From contig MNCI01001065.1 in assembly GCA_015680685.1 (NCBI GenBank), positions 567,321 through 631,320 on the forward strand: a stretch of DNA of 64,000 nt. The letters are read 5' to 3'. This document shows positions 26,581 through 39,335 of the stretch, piece after piece (positions within the stretch are counted from its first letter, which is position 1; the number at the start of each line of letters is the position of its first letter). This DNA is from Gnetum montanum. Lineage: Eukaryota > Plantae > Gnetophyta. The notes beneath the pieces are model-generated. The model made no database searches. It was given only the letters and a program-made list of their open reading frames with translations, and had not been told where the DNA came from. The translations under genes were made by a program, and so were the position numbers.

Positions 26581-27749
26581 GATCTTTGCTCCATACTCTT
26601 GGACATCTTTGTTCCATTAGGATGGGACAAGTTTGCTCCCTACAATGCATTGGGCATGGTAATTCCCTTAGCAATGATTTTTCCTACTAAGTTTCCTACT
26701 AAAGCTTTACCATGAAAAGCCTCCATGGGGATTTTGGTTAGGTTCCTTAGCTTAGAGTTCTAGATAAATTTTCCCTATGTGACTTACTTGTGGGAAAAAT
26801 TGGCATCTATTAGAAAATCTTTTAAAAACTAACTTCTATTTGATACTGTAATGTGCTCCTTCCACAATTTTTCATCAAGCAAAATATACATATAGATTTG
26901 GGTATCTATAAGCCTTGATTTTAAAGTTGTCACATGATTCATGATGATCATCTTACTAAAAAGTCAAGCAATAAAACAATCCTCTTTGTCTCATAGGTCT
27001 ATTGGGAACCTAAGAAGCCATATCCAAAAGAAGAAGGATTACATCATGTGTTAATTCTCTAAGTGATGGATGAATATTCTTGGGGGATTTTTTTAATAAT
27101 AGATGTTTCTCCCTAAAAGGCTAGGGTCCTTTTGAGAGGACATCATGCACATCTTATTGTAAGTCAAATGAAAAAACCATGATGTTATCCTTCATTGGGG
27201 TAATTCGAAGGTGACATCTAAACCATAGCTTGTATGCCCATTCAAAGATTCTTTCTAATGTAGGAACTCTTCCAGAATACAAACCTATGAGCATATGGAC
27301 ATACCTATAGCCTTTTTGCTAAGTGATGTGTTTTGATATTTCTAGATGTGCCTTGTCATTCTATTTCATCATGGTAAAGCCATTGCTTACTATCTAGGCT
27401 GCATCCTTCTTACAGTTTATCTTAAAAACCTACATGCATGTCCTTTATATCCCAAAGATCATATCCATGAATGATAATTTGAGGATATTGGTCATGTAAA
27501 AATAGTTTATCTAAAAATATTGAGGTGTAGTTTGTGATTGATTTGCAAGGCCAAATCTCTGAGTTTTATTTTCTTTTTCATTATGAAGGTTGTGCTGGTA
27601 TCCTACTTAGCTGTGTCCTCCTCCTTGGCCTTAACTATTCCCGCTTGACCTCTTCGATTTCCACCCAAGCCACATGTATGTGATATATCTAAGTTACCTA
27701 CTCTACAGGAGTTACTGCTTCCTCTACTCTCTCCTGATGACCTGGCCAT
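26581..27749 (-). pseudogene. Very degenerate ORF remnant into which element B inserted (continues at about 17500-17887); possibly another retroelement accessory ORF
   Basis: Start MARSSGESRG at 27749 downstream of a TTTCAG; weak FWKS...YGLDVTF similarity to the accessory domain; coiled-coil-like KALDDLLNLENSIEKE on the far side of element B. Confidence 0.25.
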
Positions 27750-27989
27750 TTTTGTTATGAGGCCCACCTAGCTGAAATATTATGATGATATATTTTTAGA
27801 TATTTTGATGTTATTTTCATATATGTATCAAGTTCCATTATTATGCATAATGATCTTGGGAGATGTATTAGATAAATCTTTGTGAGAAGCAGTACAATTG
27901 ATGATATGATTATGATGACATGCTAGTTGGTTGTTTAATTGGTCTTTTATCTGGAATTCCCATGAGTAGGTTATAAGTTGGGGGTCCTA

Positions 27990-29480
27990 GGTTGGAACAT
28001 GTAAATTAGAAGTGGGATTAAAAAATTTATCATGGAAATAAGTTAAAATTATAATTTAATTTTTATTAATATAAACATAATTTATTTCTTTCCTTTCCAT
28101 GATTATGCAATTCCCTACTTTTAAGTAGAAACCTTTACTTGTCCATTTTCTTGTGATTCACTATATATATTGGTAGTTCTAAGATTGTTGAGAAGTTGGT
28201 CTCATGCTAGTAGCAGTTTTGAAAGTTTTGGTAGAACAAAGATGGAGTTATGCCTATGTTAATAATTCATTGCTATCATTTTCATCTTCAAAGACTTCAA
28301 TTAGTTCAATGGGTTATGACTAAACCATGGCTTATGACCTTTTAGAAATCTTCAATTAGTTCAATGGTATTAGAGCAAAGGTTTGATAGTTCCTATGGAT
28401 GGTATTAGGTCTAGGAGAGCCATAGACTATATTTTTGGCCTATCCTCTAGAAGGCTAGTAGCTTTGAATCACAAGTTAACAAGCAATAGCATTGGTATTA
28501 ATAATAAAGACTAATAAAAGACTTTCAAGAACATGATAGAGATAAATACTCATGATAATAAATGCATGCTTTTATACTAAGTGTAGATTTATTGGCTGCC
28601 ATAGGAATTAATGGTTATGCATAGATTACTTTTTAAGTTGGTTTGAATATGTATTAGCACAAGTAGAAATGTGAGCTATTATGATTAAAAATTGACATGA
28701 TTTCTAAAAGTGGTGGTGGGTTATGCTTACTTGATTGTTATGATTTACTTGATCACATTAAGGCTTGGATGTGGTATGATGTATGAATGATTATAGTATA
28801 TTTTGGTTGGTATCATGCTTGGTTCAACATATGATTGTTGGGATTGTTAGCAGCTTTGTGAGATGATGCACTTATGATAATGCTATTGATATCCATGGGT
28901 ATGTGTGTATGCTTGATTATAGACCAACCTTGTTCTAAGTTGCTATTATCCCTATTATTGTTATCCAGTGCAAAGTCCTTTAGGCATCCAATAGGAGAAG
29001 TGTAAAGGCTCTTCATTCAATTTATACTAACTATATTTTATTTAAGTGATGTAATCAAAAGTACTTGAGGATAGTGAAATTGAGAGATAGAATGAAGACA
29101 TGCTTCCTTGATGCATAGTTATACTTGTTGGACCTAGAAAGTTTGATTGTTGGAACAAAAACAAGAATATATGGAGTGTCAAAATAGTTTTAGCCTTGAA
29201 TCCCAAAGGTTTCCAAAAATGGGATTCAAGGTGTCCTTGATGGTCTGGCCAATCACCCAAGGACTTACCAAGTGTCAAATGAAAACATAAACAAAAATGT
29301 GAATGAAAACATAAACGTAAATGGAATTGAAAATTTGGTATGGAAAAAGATAGAAATGGAAACGTGAAATTAGATCTACACCACAATGAACTACTACTTT
29401 ATTGTAATGGAAAATAAATTTGCAAGTTCAAAAAGTACAGATTTCATGCTAAGTGCACAAGAAGTTGCTTGAGGGAGTTC
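27990..29480 (+). mobile_element. LTR retrotransposon remnant: LTR, tRNA-Met PBS and non-coding interior
   Basis: LTR-like segment ending TTCA followed by TGGTATTAGAGC (28365-28376); PPT-like GCTTGAGGGAG near 29466. No partner LTR found. Confidence 0.55.
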
Positions 29481-29579
29481 AAAAATAAATTTGCACAATG
29501 AATGGTATGCTGAATTTCTCTTGAATTCTGGGCTGGTAGCCAAGATCCCAAATGAATGGTATGTCCAATTATTATGTTT

Positions 29580-30934
29580 TGTTAGCTATGTCTTGACTTT
29601 TGTGGCCTCTTGTTTGCATCCATGGTTTGTGTTAGGTATGTCTTGATTTTTGTGGCCTCCTATTCCCATCCATGGTTTTGTGTATGTTGTTTTTACCCAT
29701 GGTTTTGTGAGGCACCTTTTATGAACACAAAGTTTGTATACATGATTTTGTAAAACCAACTACGGCCTATGGTTTCATGGCTTCTTGTTTTGTCCATGAT
29801 ACTTTTATATAAAAGGCTTAAGGCCCTTGTTTGTAACAAGCAAGTTTATAAAAGGCTTAAGGCCCTTGTTTGTAACAAGCAAGTTAGAAAGCAAAGAATC
29901 AACGAAGTCATAAGGGCTAGTGGGAAAAGTGTGGGTTAAGTGTGGTTGTGAGTTACAACTAATCCTATCTTATGAGACTGTTATAACAGTTTGTATGAGA
30001 CATTGGATGTGCATATTGTTTTTATCATATCCATGGTTTATGAGGCACCTTGTATGAGCATACTGTTTGTATCCATCGTTTGGTAAATCTAACAATAACT
30101 CTTTGTATTGTCCATGACATTTCTTAGGGCCCTTGTTTGTAACAAGCAAGTTAGAAAGCAAAAAAACAATGAAGCCATAAAAGCTAGTGAGAGAAGTGTG
30201 AGTTGAGTGTGATTGTGAGCTTGAAACAATTTGTGGGTGAGGATTTTCCCCTTATAATTGTCCCCAGTTTTGTAAAAGAATTCAAGCTTCTTCTTTGCTC
30301 ATGAATGTAGGGTATAAGCTGAACCACGTAAGTATTAGCATCTTACTTCATTTTATGTTACGTCAATGTTTATAATCTCTAAAACGATCTTCTAATCTTA
30401 TCCTGTGGCATTGCACTAAAATTAACAAGTGGTATCCCACATGACAGGATTGAAAAATCATTTTAGAGATTAGAAACATTAACGTAACAAAAAATGAAGC
30501 AAGACCAAAACTTATGTGGTTCAACTTATAGCCTACATCCACAGGCAGAGGAGAAGTTTGAATTTTTATACAAAATAGATAGACAATTATAAGAGGAAAA
30601 TCTTTACCCTTGTAGCTCACAACTACATTCAACTCACACTTTATAGTTTTCTTATTTGCTTCTTTGCTATTTAACTTCTTGTTATTAACAAGGGCCTTAA
30701 ACCCTTTATATAGAAGTGTCATGGACAATACAAAGAACCATGAAACAATGGGGCTGTTGTTGGATTTACCAAACCATGGATACAAACAGTATGGTCATAC
30801 AAGGTGTCTCATAAACCATGAATAAAAACAATATGCACATGCAATGTGTCACACAAATCATGGATAAAAACAATATGCACATGCAATGTGTCACACAAAT
30901 CATGGATGCAAACAAGAGGCTAACATATCTAACA
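29580..30934. mobile_element. Two related LTRs fused in inverted orientation within one TSD
   Basis: Plus-strand LTR 29580-30427 with PBS stub TGGTATC (30430-30436); minus-strand LTR 30437-30934; termini TGTTAG...CTAACA; TGTTT on both flanks (29575-29579, 30935-30939). Confidence 0.75.
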
Positions 30935-31049
30935 TGTTTCCTTGCAAATCATTTTTGAATTTTCTTAGAGATGAGCACAGTTCCGTTCCGTTATTCAAAT
31001 ACTATGTGGATCTGCTCTCAGCTTCTTCTTCAACCATTAAAATCTATTT

Positions 31050-33505
31050 ATCTTAGGCTGCCAAGACTGCGACGTGGCTGAGATTCCTTAAGAAATGGAG
31101 CAAAGAGCTCAGCAGCGTAGTTTGTTGGCAATTAATGCCACGAGGGACCAATAATTGTATCAAGGCCATGGAGATCAAAGAAAAGACAATCCTCAAGGCA
31201 TGGTTAGCAAGAGAAGCTAACATCACTGAACTTTCTGTGATAGATTTTGCTGATGAATTGGTTGCAAGGGTTGAAACATGCAAGAATCCTAGGGATATTA
31301 TACGTGTTTCCCAGTTTCTGTATTTTGCATACCAGGAGGGGCATCTGAGCCGGAAAGCAGTACGAGGATTTTGGGAAAATCAACCCGTGTTTCAGGATCT
31401 ATAGACAGAATCAAGCATGATATATTATGGTGCCACCCATATCTGTAAGTAAGCCTGGAAGATTTCTGATGAAGATTTACAGTGGCCTCCAAATTCCTTC
31501 CCTGAGTTATCCCTAGCTTACGTTGACATGCCTGCCTGTGCTAAGAGCAGTGTAAAAGTTCACGTTTCTTCAAGGATTTGATGGGTTTACAAGATATTCC
31601 TGATTTGGTTCCTCCCTGCCATCCACTGCAAGGCTTAGATGGCCTGGAAATTTCAGCAGACGGCTGTTTTGCTCTTGCTGTGGATTCAAACCTGTACAGT
31701 AAAATCTGGAAATAATATCCCTGAACTTTTTAAGAAGAGCATTGCAGAGGCCAGATGCCTCAAGGCCCACATAGGATTTCGGTCTCCTGAGAATTGTTTG
31801 CTGTTTGATTCCCAGTGGTGCTCAGCGGGATTCAGTTGCAGTGATCCCAATTTTGTTAAATCGGCGTTTTATGGGGAAGAAGAACTGAAGGAACTCAAGC
31901 AGACTTTGCAACAGCCTGGAGTAGGAGTAGAGTTTGACCAAGAATGCTGCCCCATTGTAGCCAGGCAGCTTCAGCAAGAAAATACCTATTTTTAATCAAA
32001 AAGATGATAAGATGAAGGTATGGATCCCCAGACCAGAGTCAATGGCTGGATCATGATGAAAATGATCGCTTCAAAGGAACATTATTACATGTGTCTCGAA
32101 CCCCAAAGTTGCAAGATTATTGCAGTCTTTGGAGGCATTGGTCTGTCAATAATTTCAAAGTGGCTGCTTCGGAGTGCTGTTCAATCTGGAAGCAGGTATT
32201 GAAGCACTGGAGCCTATCATCTCGAATACAAATCACGATGTGGCTTGGATGTGAAAATGAAAATGGATATGGTGTTAAGCTTCCTTGCGGTGCCAAAGAT
32301 GGTGGGATAGAGCTATTGAAGGCTACTCAGGTTTTTGTTCCCGATGATCTGCATTTAAAGCAGCTCTTCAGCACCTCAGCTTCTGCAGCCAAAAATGTTA
32401 GATTTACATGGAAACCCAACAAAAATGATGAAGTCCCAGCTGATTTACTTGCTCAGATTTTTCTATATTTGGGAGCTCGGAAGCTTTCTGCAGCTACCAA
32501 ACGAGTCCAAAATGAGTCATGTTTGAAGAATGTTGTAATGGCAAAGAAGGGAATGTTGAATATGGGATTGTACAGGTTCTTCCTTGCAGTTCTTGCAGGA
32601 ATATCAGCTCAATGACGACATGCAATCTTAAGAAATTTAGGGATTTCACAGTTTACCAAACAGAGCAGCCACTCATGGTTAATTACCACATTTCGGTTCC
32701 AGTCGATGATGATGAAGATGAAGCAGAAATAGTGAAAGTCCAGGTGAAGAAGCATGTGATATTCGAGAATGACAACAAACAAATCGTGTTCTACAGAAGA
32801 CCTCCTGAAGATGCAGAACCCAAAAAAGATTCAACAGCAGCAATGCTGATGCTGTGTCTTGCAAATGAGTTTGCTGAAATGATGATTTCATCCAAAATTT
32901 TGTCTGGCCTTGCACCAAATCTTTTATGCAAATTAAGAGATCTTCTTGAGTTGGGAGGTGTTATGGGATTCAGAGATGAGGCTGTGGATATGCTGCTCAG
33001 GTTAAGGAACCTTGAAATTGTCCAAGAAGATGAACAGTTTCTGCAATCCTTGTATGACACCCAGTTTAGAGCAGATTTCTGGGAAACAGCAGCAGTTAGG
33101 TGGGAGGAAATGTATTCCAAGTTGAAAGCCATGCCTGCTGCAAGAAATGAACCTGACTTTGAAGGCAACAAATCTCTGAATAAACTTGCAGCATCCCTTC
33201 CATAACTGGGATCCAATGATGATTTAGAGCAGATTTGATCCTTCGTTTTCTTGCTGTTGCATGGTTCTAAATTCCTGGGAAGTGATAATGTTGCAATTCT
33301 GGGGTCAAAGATACAGCAAGTTTTTGAATTGGTTGAGGAATGCATTAGCAGACCACCTTTGACTTCGCAACTGGGGATACTAACTGGCACAATTACAGAA
33401 ACAGGAGAGATAAAATCCAGTAGATCAGTGGATGATGGCGATCCCCTGAAAGCTGTTGCAGGTGCTTTATTTCTCGTCTCTTTTTCATCTGAAACCAGCA
33501 GGTGA
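31050..33505 (+). pseudogene. 5'-truncated, frameshifted gene of the plant sacsin-like ATP/DNA-binding family (At3g48770-like), C-terminal half
   Basis: Motifs in the expected order: LKAHIGFRSPENCLLFDSQW, FYG..ELK..GVGVEF, PKLQDYCSLWRHW, KLPC..IEL..VFVPDDLHLKQLF, VYQTEQPLMVNY, LRDLLELG..F.DEAVDMLL..RNLEIVQEDEQFL. Split over several frames. Confidence 0.8.
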
Positions 33506-35063
33506 GGATGCATTCTCTTTACTGATGGATTAAATCCATTCTATTTTTACCAGAATAAATGCAAATTATTAATATTCCTGTTTTTTAGGATTGTGTCTGC
33601 CGCAAAGCTATTCTTACTAAAGGGTTGGAAAAAGCAACAGAAATTAAACTTCAAGCTGCAGGAAAAGCTGCGTTACCTTCTTCTGGGTCTGTATAAATCA
33701 TCATGTTCCATAATAAAGATGGTTTGAACTGCAGTTTTGTCCCTGGTGATTGTTTCCCGAAAATCAAAGTAAATTAAGTTTTCGGAGAACTTCCATAAGA
33801 TGAGTGAAAATGAAACCAAAGCTGCTAAATGTACACCGGCATTTTATATTTTCTAATAACTGAGTTTTGCGAGGTGCATATTTTTCATGAATTATGACTT
33901 ATGAGAATTCTGTTGAAATTTGCATAGTAATAACGTAGAACAGTAGAACAAAAAAAGTTTTGGACGCTCTGCCGTTTCTATTTCTGAGTGAGCACCGTAC
34001 TATGTTTGGATTTGCTTTAAAAGGTTTTGAACTTACTTTATTGAAATTGCAGTTTTCTCTCGTTTTTGGTTGTGGTAGTTAAAAATTAGCGCGTTCACCT
34101 GAGTTAAGGATAGCAAGCTACTTACATACAAATTTTTTAATCAATCTAAGCCAATCACATAAGTTCTTCTATCAAAGTTTTCGGGTTACTTTTCGATAAG
34201 GTAACTCCGTTTTCTTTTTCTAAAATATAAAGACTAAACGTCATTTTAGTATGCACCCTCCCTTCAAATTACGAAAATGGAAGAACAGGCTTGTCTTCCA
34301 ATTGTGAAAATTGGAAACAGCATGTCGAAGGTAATAAAACGAACTGTGCAATCTTTTACCTTCACTGTAATTTTTATACAACATTGACTGTGTGCATTTG
34401 ACATCCCTTTTTTAAGTTTTCGGCACTTTTTCCTGTAATATTAGAGGAGGACGCCATTGATAGCAATGTACTATCTTGGATACATGTATATATACTGTTA
34501 TTTATAAAGATATATATGCTAAATTTTCAACTTAAAAAATCATAATGATATGTAAAATAGAATGCTTCGATATTGTTGTTAAAGCTACTATGCTTTACCA
34601 AGGCCAGGTAGTTTGAGTTTGATGCAGATTTATATGGAAAATGTTAAATACATTCCTTAATTTTCTTAAAGTTTGACTTTAGGAAAAACTTTAAAGCAAA
34701 AACTTTAAAGCAATGAAATCAGAGATTCACTAGCTTTAAGCACAAAAATATGGTAAGCAATACAATGGGCAAAAAATAGTCTAAGCAAGCCTGAAATAAG
34801 TTCAACTTAAAAATTTTCTAATGTATAAGTCCTTGAATTTTCAAAAAATTAGATGAAAGGAAAGATTGTCATCAAATTCATACGATGAACACTCAGTTTT
34901 TCTCCCTATTCCTATTTGATCCAGCTTTTATTTGTGATACATTCATGTCCTCTGCTTTCAAACTTATAAATCTAGGTAAGATCCTCAATTTAAAGTTGGA
35001 ATAACAAGTTTCTAGTTTGTTTTGGCCAAGAGGCCCACTCGTCTCGCAAGATAGGGGGGGAGG

Positions 35064-35931
35064 GGGGAGTGCATTTGTCGCCCTCCACGTCACGCGCCAC
35101 ATAAGATCCCATGAAATGGAAAAAAACATGAATTGAAGAGCCACACCTTTTTGTATTCCTGTTGCGCAGAATGTGAACCAAACAGCCATAGCTTTTCATA
35201 TTTCCACTGCACACATAAAAAGGCCAAACGCAACCAAATGCAGAATGGGAATGAGAATTCCATTTCCATTCTGTCTCTGTCTCCTTCTGCAACTACTCCT
35301 ACAAGCCACCTGGCCCAACCGAACCAACTTCGATGACGCTAGCTTCAGAGCTCTGCCAGAGCGCTGGAAAGGCACCTACGATGGTGCTTCATGCTTCAGC
35401 TGCAATAACAAGCTCATCGGCATGCACTTCTTCAACCAAGGTAGCAATAAGGTAGTAGGCCAGTCGGCCCTTGCTACATCCTTGCTTAACACCGAGGGCC
35501 ACGACATGCACACATCATCGACAATCATAATACAATTTTTGTTATAATAGCTAAAAGATCCCTTCATTTAGGTTTTTTTTTTTGATAAAATTTATATATG
35601 AATTAGGCCAATATGTTTCTTGAGTAGGTTTGTTTGAATGTATGTTTTAAGCATAAAATTTTAAAGGTAGGGGCAGAATGAGGGGTAGAGCCAGAAACAT
35701 TCAAGGAAAGACGGTAATGGCTACAGTTGAAGCTGCAGCTTGAGGGGAAGGGTCTTCTGAAGTTTCTATGTCAACAATAGCCTTTGGTTATTGGAATCTT
35801 TTGCTAGAAACAAACTTTCTGCCAGTCTTTTTATGTGTGTTTTTAGTTAATTTTTTATAATGAATTGTAATGTGTTGAACATTAAATTTTGATGATTTTG
35901 TGCAATTTTCATAGTTTCACTTCAAGCTGAG
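35064..35931 (+). repeat. Copy 1 of a duplicated unit (copy 2 at 36874-37750)
   Basis: Collinear but diverged match from GGGGGAGTGCATTT to TTCAAGCT. The island at 36614-36695 matches about 38650-38731. Confidence 0.9.
35308..35523 (+). pseudogene. Subtilisin-like (S8) protease gene fragment, copy 1
   Basis: TWPNRTNFDDASFRALPERWKGTYDG..FSCNNKLIGMHFF...NTEGHDMHTSST matches plant subtilase IWPES.SF.D..P.RWKG.C..CNNKLIGAR.F...DTEGHGTHTSST. Confidence 0.85.
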
Positions 35932-36613
35932 NNNNNNNNNNNNNNNNNNNNNNNNNNNNNNNNNNNNNNNNNNNNNNNNNNNNNNNNNNNNNNNNNNNNN
36001 NNNNNNNNNNNNNNNNNNNNNNNNNNNNNNNNNNNNNNNNNNNNNNNNNNNNNNNNNNNNNNNNNNNNNNNNNNNNNNNNNNNNNNNNNNNNNNNNNNNN
36101 NNNNNNNNNNNNNNNNNNNNNNNNNNNNNNNNNNNNNNNNNNNNNNNNNNNNNNNNNNNNNNNNNNNNNNNNNNNNNNNNNNNNNNNNNNNNNNNNNNNN
36201 NNNNNNNNNNNNNNNNNNNNNNNNNNNNNNNNNNNNNNNNNNNNNNNNNNNNNNNNNNNNNNNNNNNNNNNNNNNNNNNNNNNNNNNNNNNNNNNNNNNN
36301 NNNNNNNNNNNNNNNNNNNNNNNNNNNNNNNNNNNNNNNNNNNNNNNNNNNNNNNNNNNNNNNNNNNNNNNNNNNNNNNNNNNNNNNNNNNNNNNNNNNN
36401 NNNNNNNNNNNNNNNNNNNNNNNNNNNNNNNNNNNNNNNNNNNNNNNNNNNNNNNNNNNNNNNNNNNNNNNNNNNNNNNNNNNNNNNNNNNNNNNNNNNN
36501 NNNNNNNNNNNNNNNNNNNNNNNNNNNNNNNNNNNNNNNNNNNNNNNNNNNNNNNNNNNNNNNNNNNNNNNNNNNNNNNNNNNNNNNNNNNNNNNNNNNN
36601 NNNNNNNNNNNNN
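35932..36613. other. Assembly gap (N run)
   Basis: Run of N. Confidence 1.
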
Positions 36614-36695
36614 ATTATTTCATTATATATATCTTATCGATAATGCTAACCGAGATATAATCATTATGGGTTAACATTATGAATGAATAAATAAT

Positions 36696-36873
36696 NNNNN
36701 NNNNNNNNNNNNNNNNNNNNNNNNNNNNNNNNNNNNNNNNNNNNNNNNNNNNNNNNNNNNNNNNNNNNNNNNNNNNNNNNNNNNNNNNNNNNNNNNNNNN
36801 NNNNNNNNNNNNNNNNNNNNNNNNNNNNNNNNNNNNNNNNNNNNNNNNNNNNNNNNNNNNNNNNNNNNNNNNN
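36696..36873. other. Assembly gap (N run)
   Basis: Run of N. Confidence 1.
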
Positions 36874-37750
36874 GGGGGAGTGCATTTTTCGCCCTCCATG
36901 TCACGCGCCATGTAAGATCCCATGAAATGGGAAAAAACATGAACCGAAGAGCCACACCTTTTCATATTTTTGTTGCACAAAATGTGAACCAAAGAGCCAT
37001 AGCTTTTCATATTCTCGCTGCATACATAAAAAGACCAAATGCAACCAAATGTAGAATGGGAATGGGAATGGGAAGAGAATTCCATTTCCATTTTGTCTCC
37101 ATTTCCATCTGCAACTGCTGCTACATGCCACCTGGCCCAACCGAACTAGCTTCGATGACGCCAGCTTTAGAGCTCTGCTAGAGCGTTGGAAAGGCACCTA
37201 CGATGGTGGCCCATGCTTCAACTGTAATAACAAGCTCATTGGCATGCGCTTCTTCAACCAAGATAGCAATAAGGCGATAGGCTAGTCGGCCCTTGCTACA
37301 TCCTTGCTTCACACTGAGGGCCATGACATGCACACATCATCAACAATCATAATACAATTTTTGTTATAATAGCTAAAAAATCCTTTCATTTAAGTTTCTT
37401 TTTTTTTATAAAATTTATATATGAATTAGGCCAATATATTTCTTGAGTAGCTTTGTTTGAATGTATGTTTTAAGCATAAAATTTTGTAGGTAGGGGCACA
37501 ATGAGGGGTAGAGCTAGAGGCATTCAAGGAAAGATGATAATGGCTGTAGTTGAAGCTGTAGCCTAAGGGGAAGGGTCTTCTGAAGTTTCTGTGTCAACAA
37601 TAGCCTTTGGTTATTAGAATCTCTTTCTAGAAACAAACTTTCTGCCAGTCTTTTTATGTGTGTGTTTGTTAATTTTTTATAGTAAATTGTAACATGTTGA
37701 ACATTACATTTTGATAATTTTGTGCAATTTTCATAGTTTCACTTCAAGCT
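36874..37750 (+). repeat. Copy 2 of the duplicated unit
   Basis: Collinear match to 35064-35931 with many substitutions. Confidence 0.9.
37130..37345 (+). pseudogene. Subtilisin-like protease gene fragment, copy 2
   Basis: ERWKGTYDGGPCFNCNNKLIGMRFF...HTEGHDMHTSST, with an in-frame stop. Confidence 0.85.
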
Positions 37751-39096
37751 AAGCTCTTCTATCATCAGTACCTAGCATGCCTTCTATACATTTGCATTCC
37801 CAATGCAAAAACATTTCAAAGTTTGGTTTTGTTCTTTTTTCAATGCTTTTTGGAGTGGTAAGGAATTCTGAAATTGTAATTTTCTGTTACTATCTTGAGT
37901 AATCTTCTTTTGCTACACCCTTTTTTAATGTAAAGGAACATTTGTAAGTTCATTTCTCTTTATTTCATTGTATATTTTGTGTAGATTTTATCATTTCTAT
38001 GGCTGTGCTTTGAAATTCAGTAGTTACCATGGAGTAGATGCATTCAGTTGTTACAATTGTGACTGCTTTTTCGTTTGCAATATGCATTTTAATAAAATGC
38101 AAAAGCGTTAGCATTTTTGCTAGCACATGAAAATTATTAGCTAATTAAGATGTTGGCCTGACTTTGGTCATAATTTTAATAATTTTTCCTGCTTGTTGGA
38201 AGGACTTAAAGAGTTCAAATTTGATCATTTCTTCTTACCTTCTTGCATGCAGTGAGGCCTTTTCTTTATGTACATATTCTTTGATTAATGGAATCTAATG
38301 GATGATATGGTTGTTAATTTGGTAAATTTTAAAAACGAGAACTTCTGCACATCTAGCAGCCTAGACCCTGGGAAGATCTTTGGCAAAATCATGCTGTGAT
38401 GATCCTAGCTAATGCCGAGGAAAACAGTGATGAGCTCTTTGCCGACACACGTCTTGCCATAATCATAAATAACCAATTATTTATAAATCTTCCCTAGCCA
38501 AAGAGTCACTGTAGGGGAGCCAATGATTATATTTATCTTGGTTATTCATAATCTCGGTTATATATAATGATATATTTATAATCATAAACATAAATGATTA
38601 TATATAATGATTATAAACATTTCATCATTAATAAAGTCGATTATTTATAATCATTTCATTATATATATCTTATGGATAATGCTAACTGAGATATAATCAT
38701 TATGGGTTAGCATTATGAATGAATAAATAATATCTCTAAAATTATGGATTATGAGTGATATTTCATATCTTGGCTTTATTTATTATAAAATGTTTACTGT
38801 TCAAATGAATCTTATAATCCATAATATATCAGATTATAATTATGGATTATTGCTCTAATTATAATAATCTCATAACATTTATTGGATTCCACAATAATTA
38901 TAACATAATAATCATGAATGAGGTGTTAGCATCATTCATATCTTGTCCATTGTAATAATAATGTCAATATAGAAAAGCCTGTGATATAATAATAACATTA
39001 TTTATGCATTTGTAATGTGATTTTTTATATCTCCACGAATGAATATGCATTACAAATATATGTTGAAGTGCCAATTTAGTTTGATCTATTCATATT

Positions 39097-39335
39097 TCCT
39101 CACCCGCATGCGCCACATGCATGGAAGCTAAAGAATCATTGCAGGGGAGTTGAATCTTTACTCGATTAATGCCCCCTAACCCTTGAGCTTTCCATTCGTC
39201 TCTTTGTATTCCCTCACATGCATGCACCACATGCAAGGGAGCCAAAGACTCACTATAGGGGAGTCGAATCTCTATTCAATTGATGCCCCCTGACCCTTGG
39301 GCCCTCCATTCATCTCTTTGTAATCCCTCGCATGT
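39097..39335. repeat. Tandem repeat, about 114-bp unit, two copies plus a partial third
   Basis: CCTCAC..GCATGC.CCACATGCA...AGGGGAGT.GAATCT...TCTCTTTGTA repeats at about 39098, 39212 and 39326; a related piece lies near 38496. Confidence 0.85.

Noticed and set aside
31050-33505. Stops and frame changes in the sacsin-like gene as introns or RNA editing
   Set aside because: The breaks fall inside conserved motifs with apparent deletions, and the N-terminal half is absent; pseudogenisation is simpler.
32791-33513. 240-aa minus-strand ORF
   Set aside because: Antisense shadow of the plus-strand sacsin-like frame; no motifs of its own.
33986-33996. GAGTGAGCAC matching the 3' half of miR156
   Set aside because: Only 10 nt match and no star arm or hairpin is evident.
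36615-37091. ORFs spanning X runs
   Set aside because: Artefacts of translating through N gaps.
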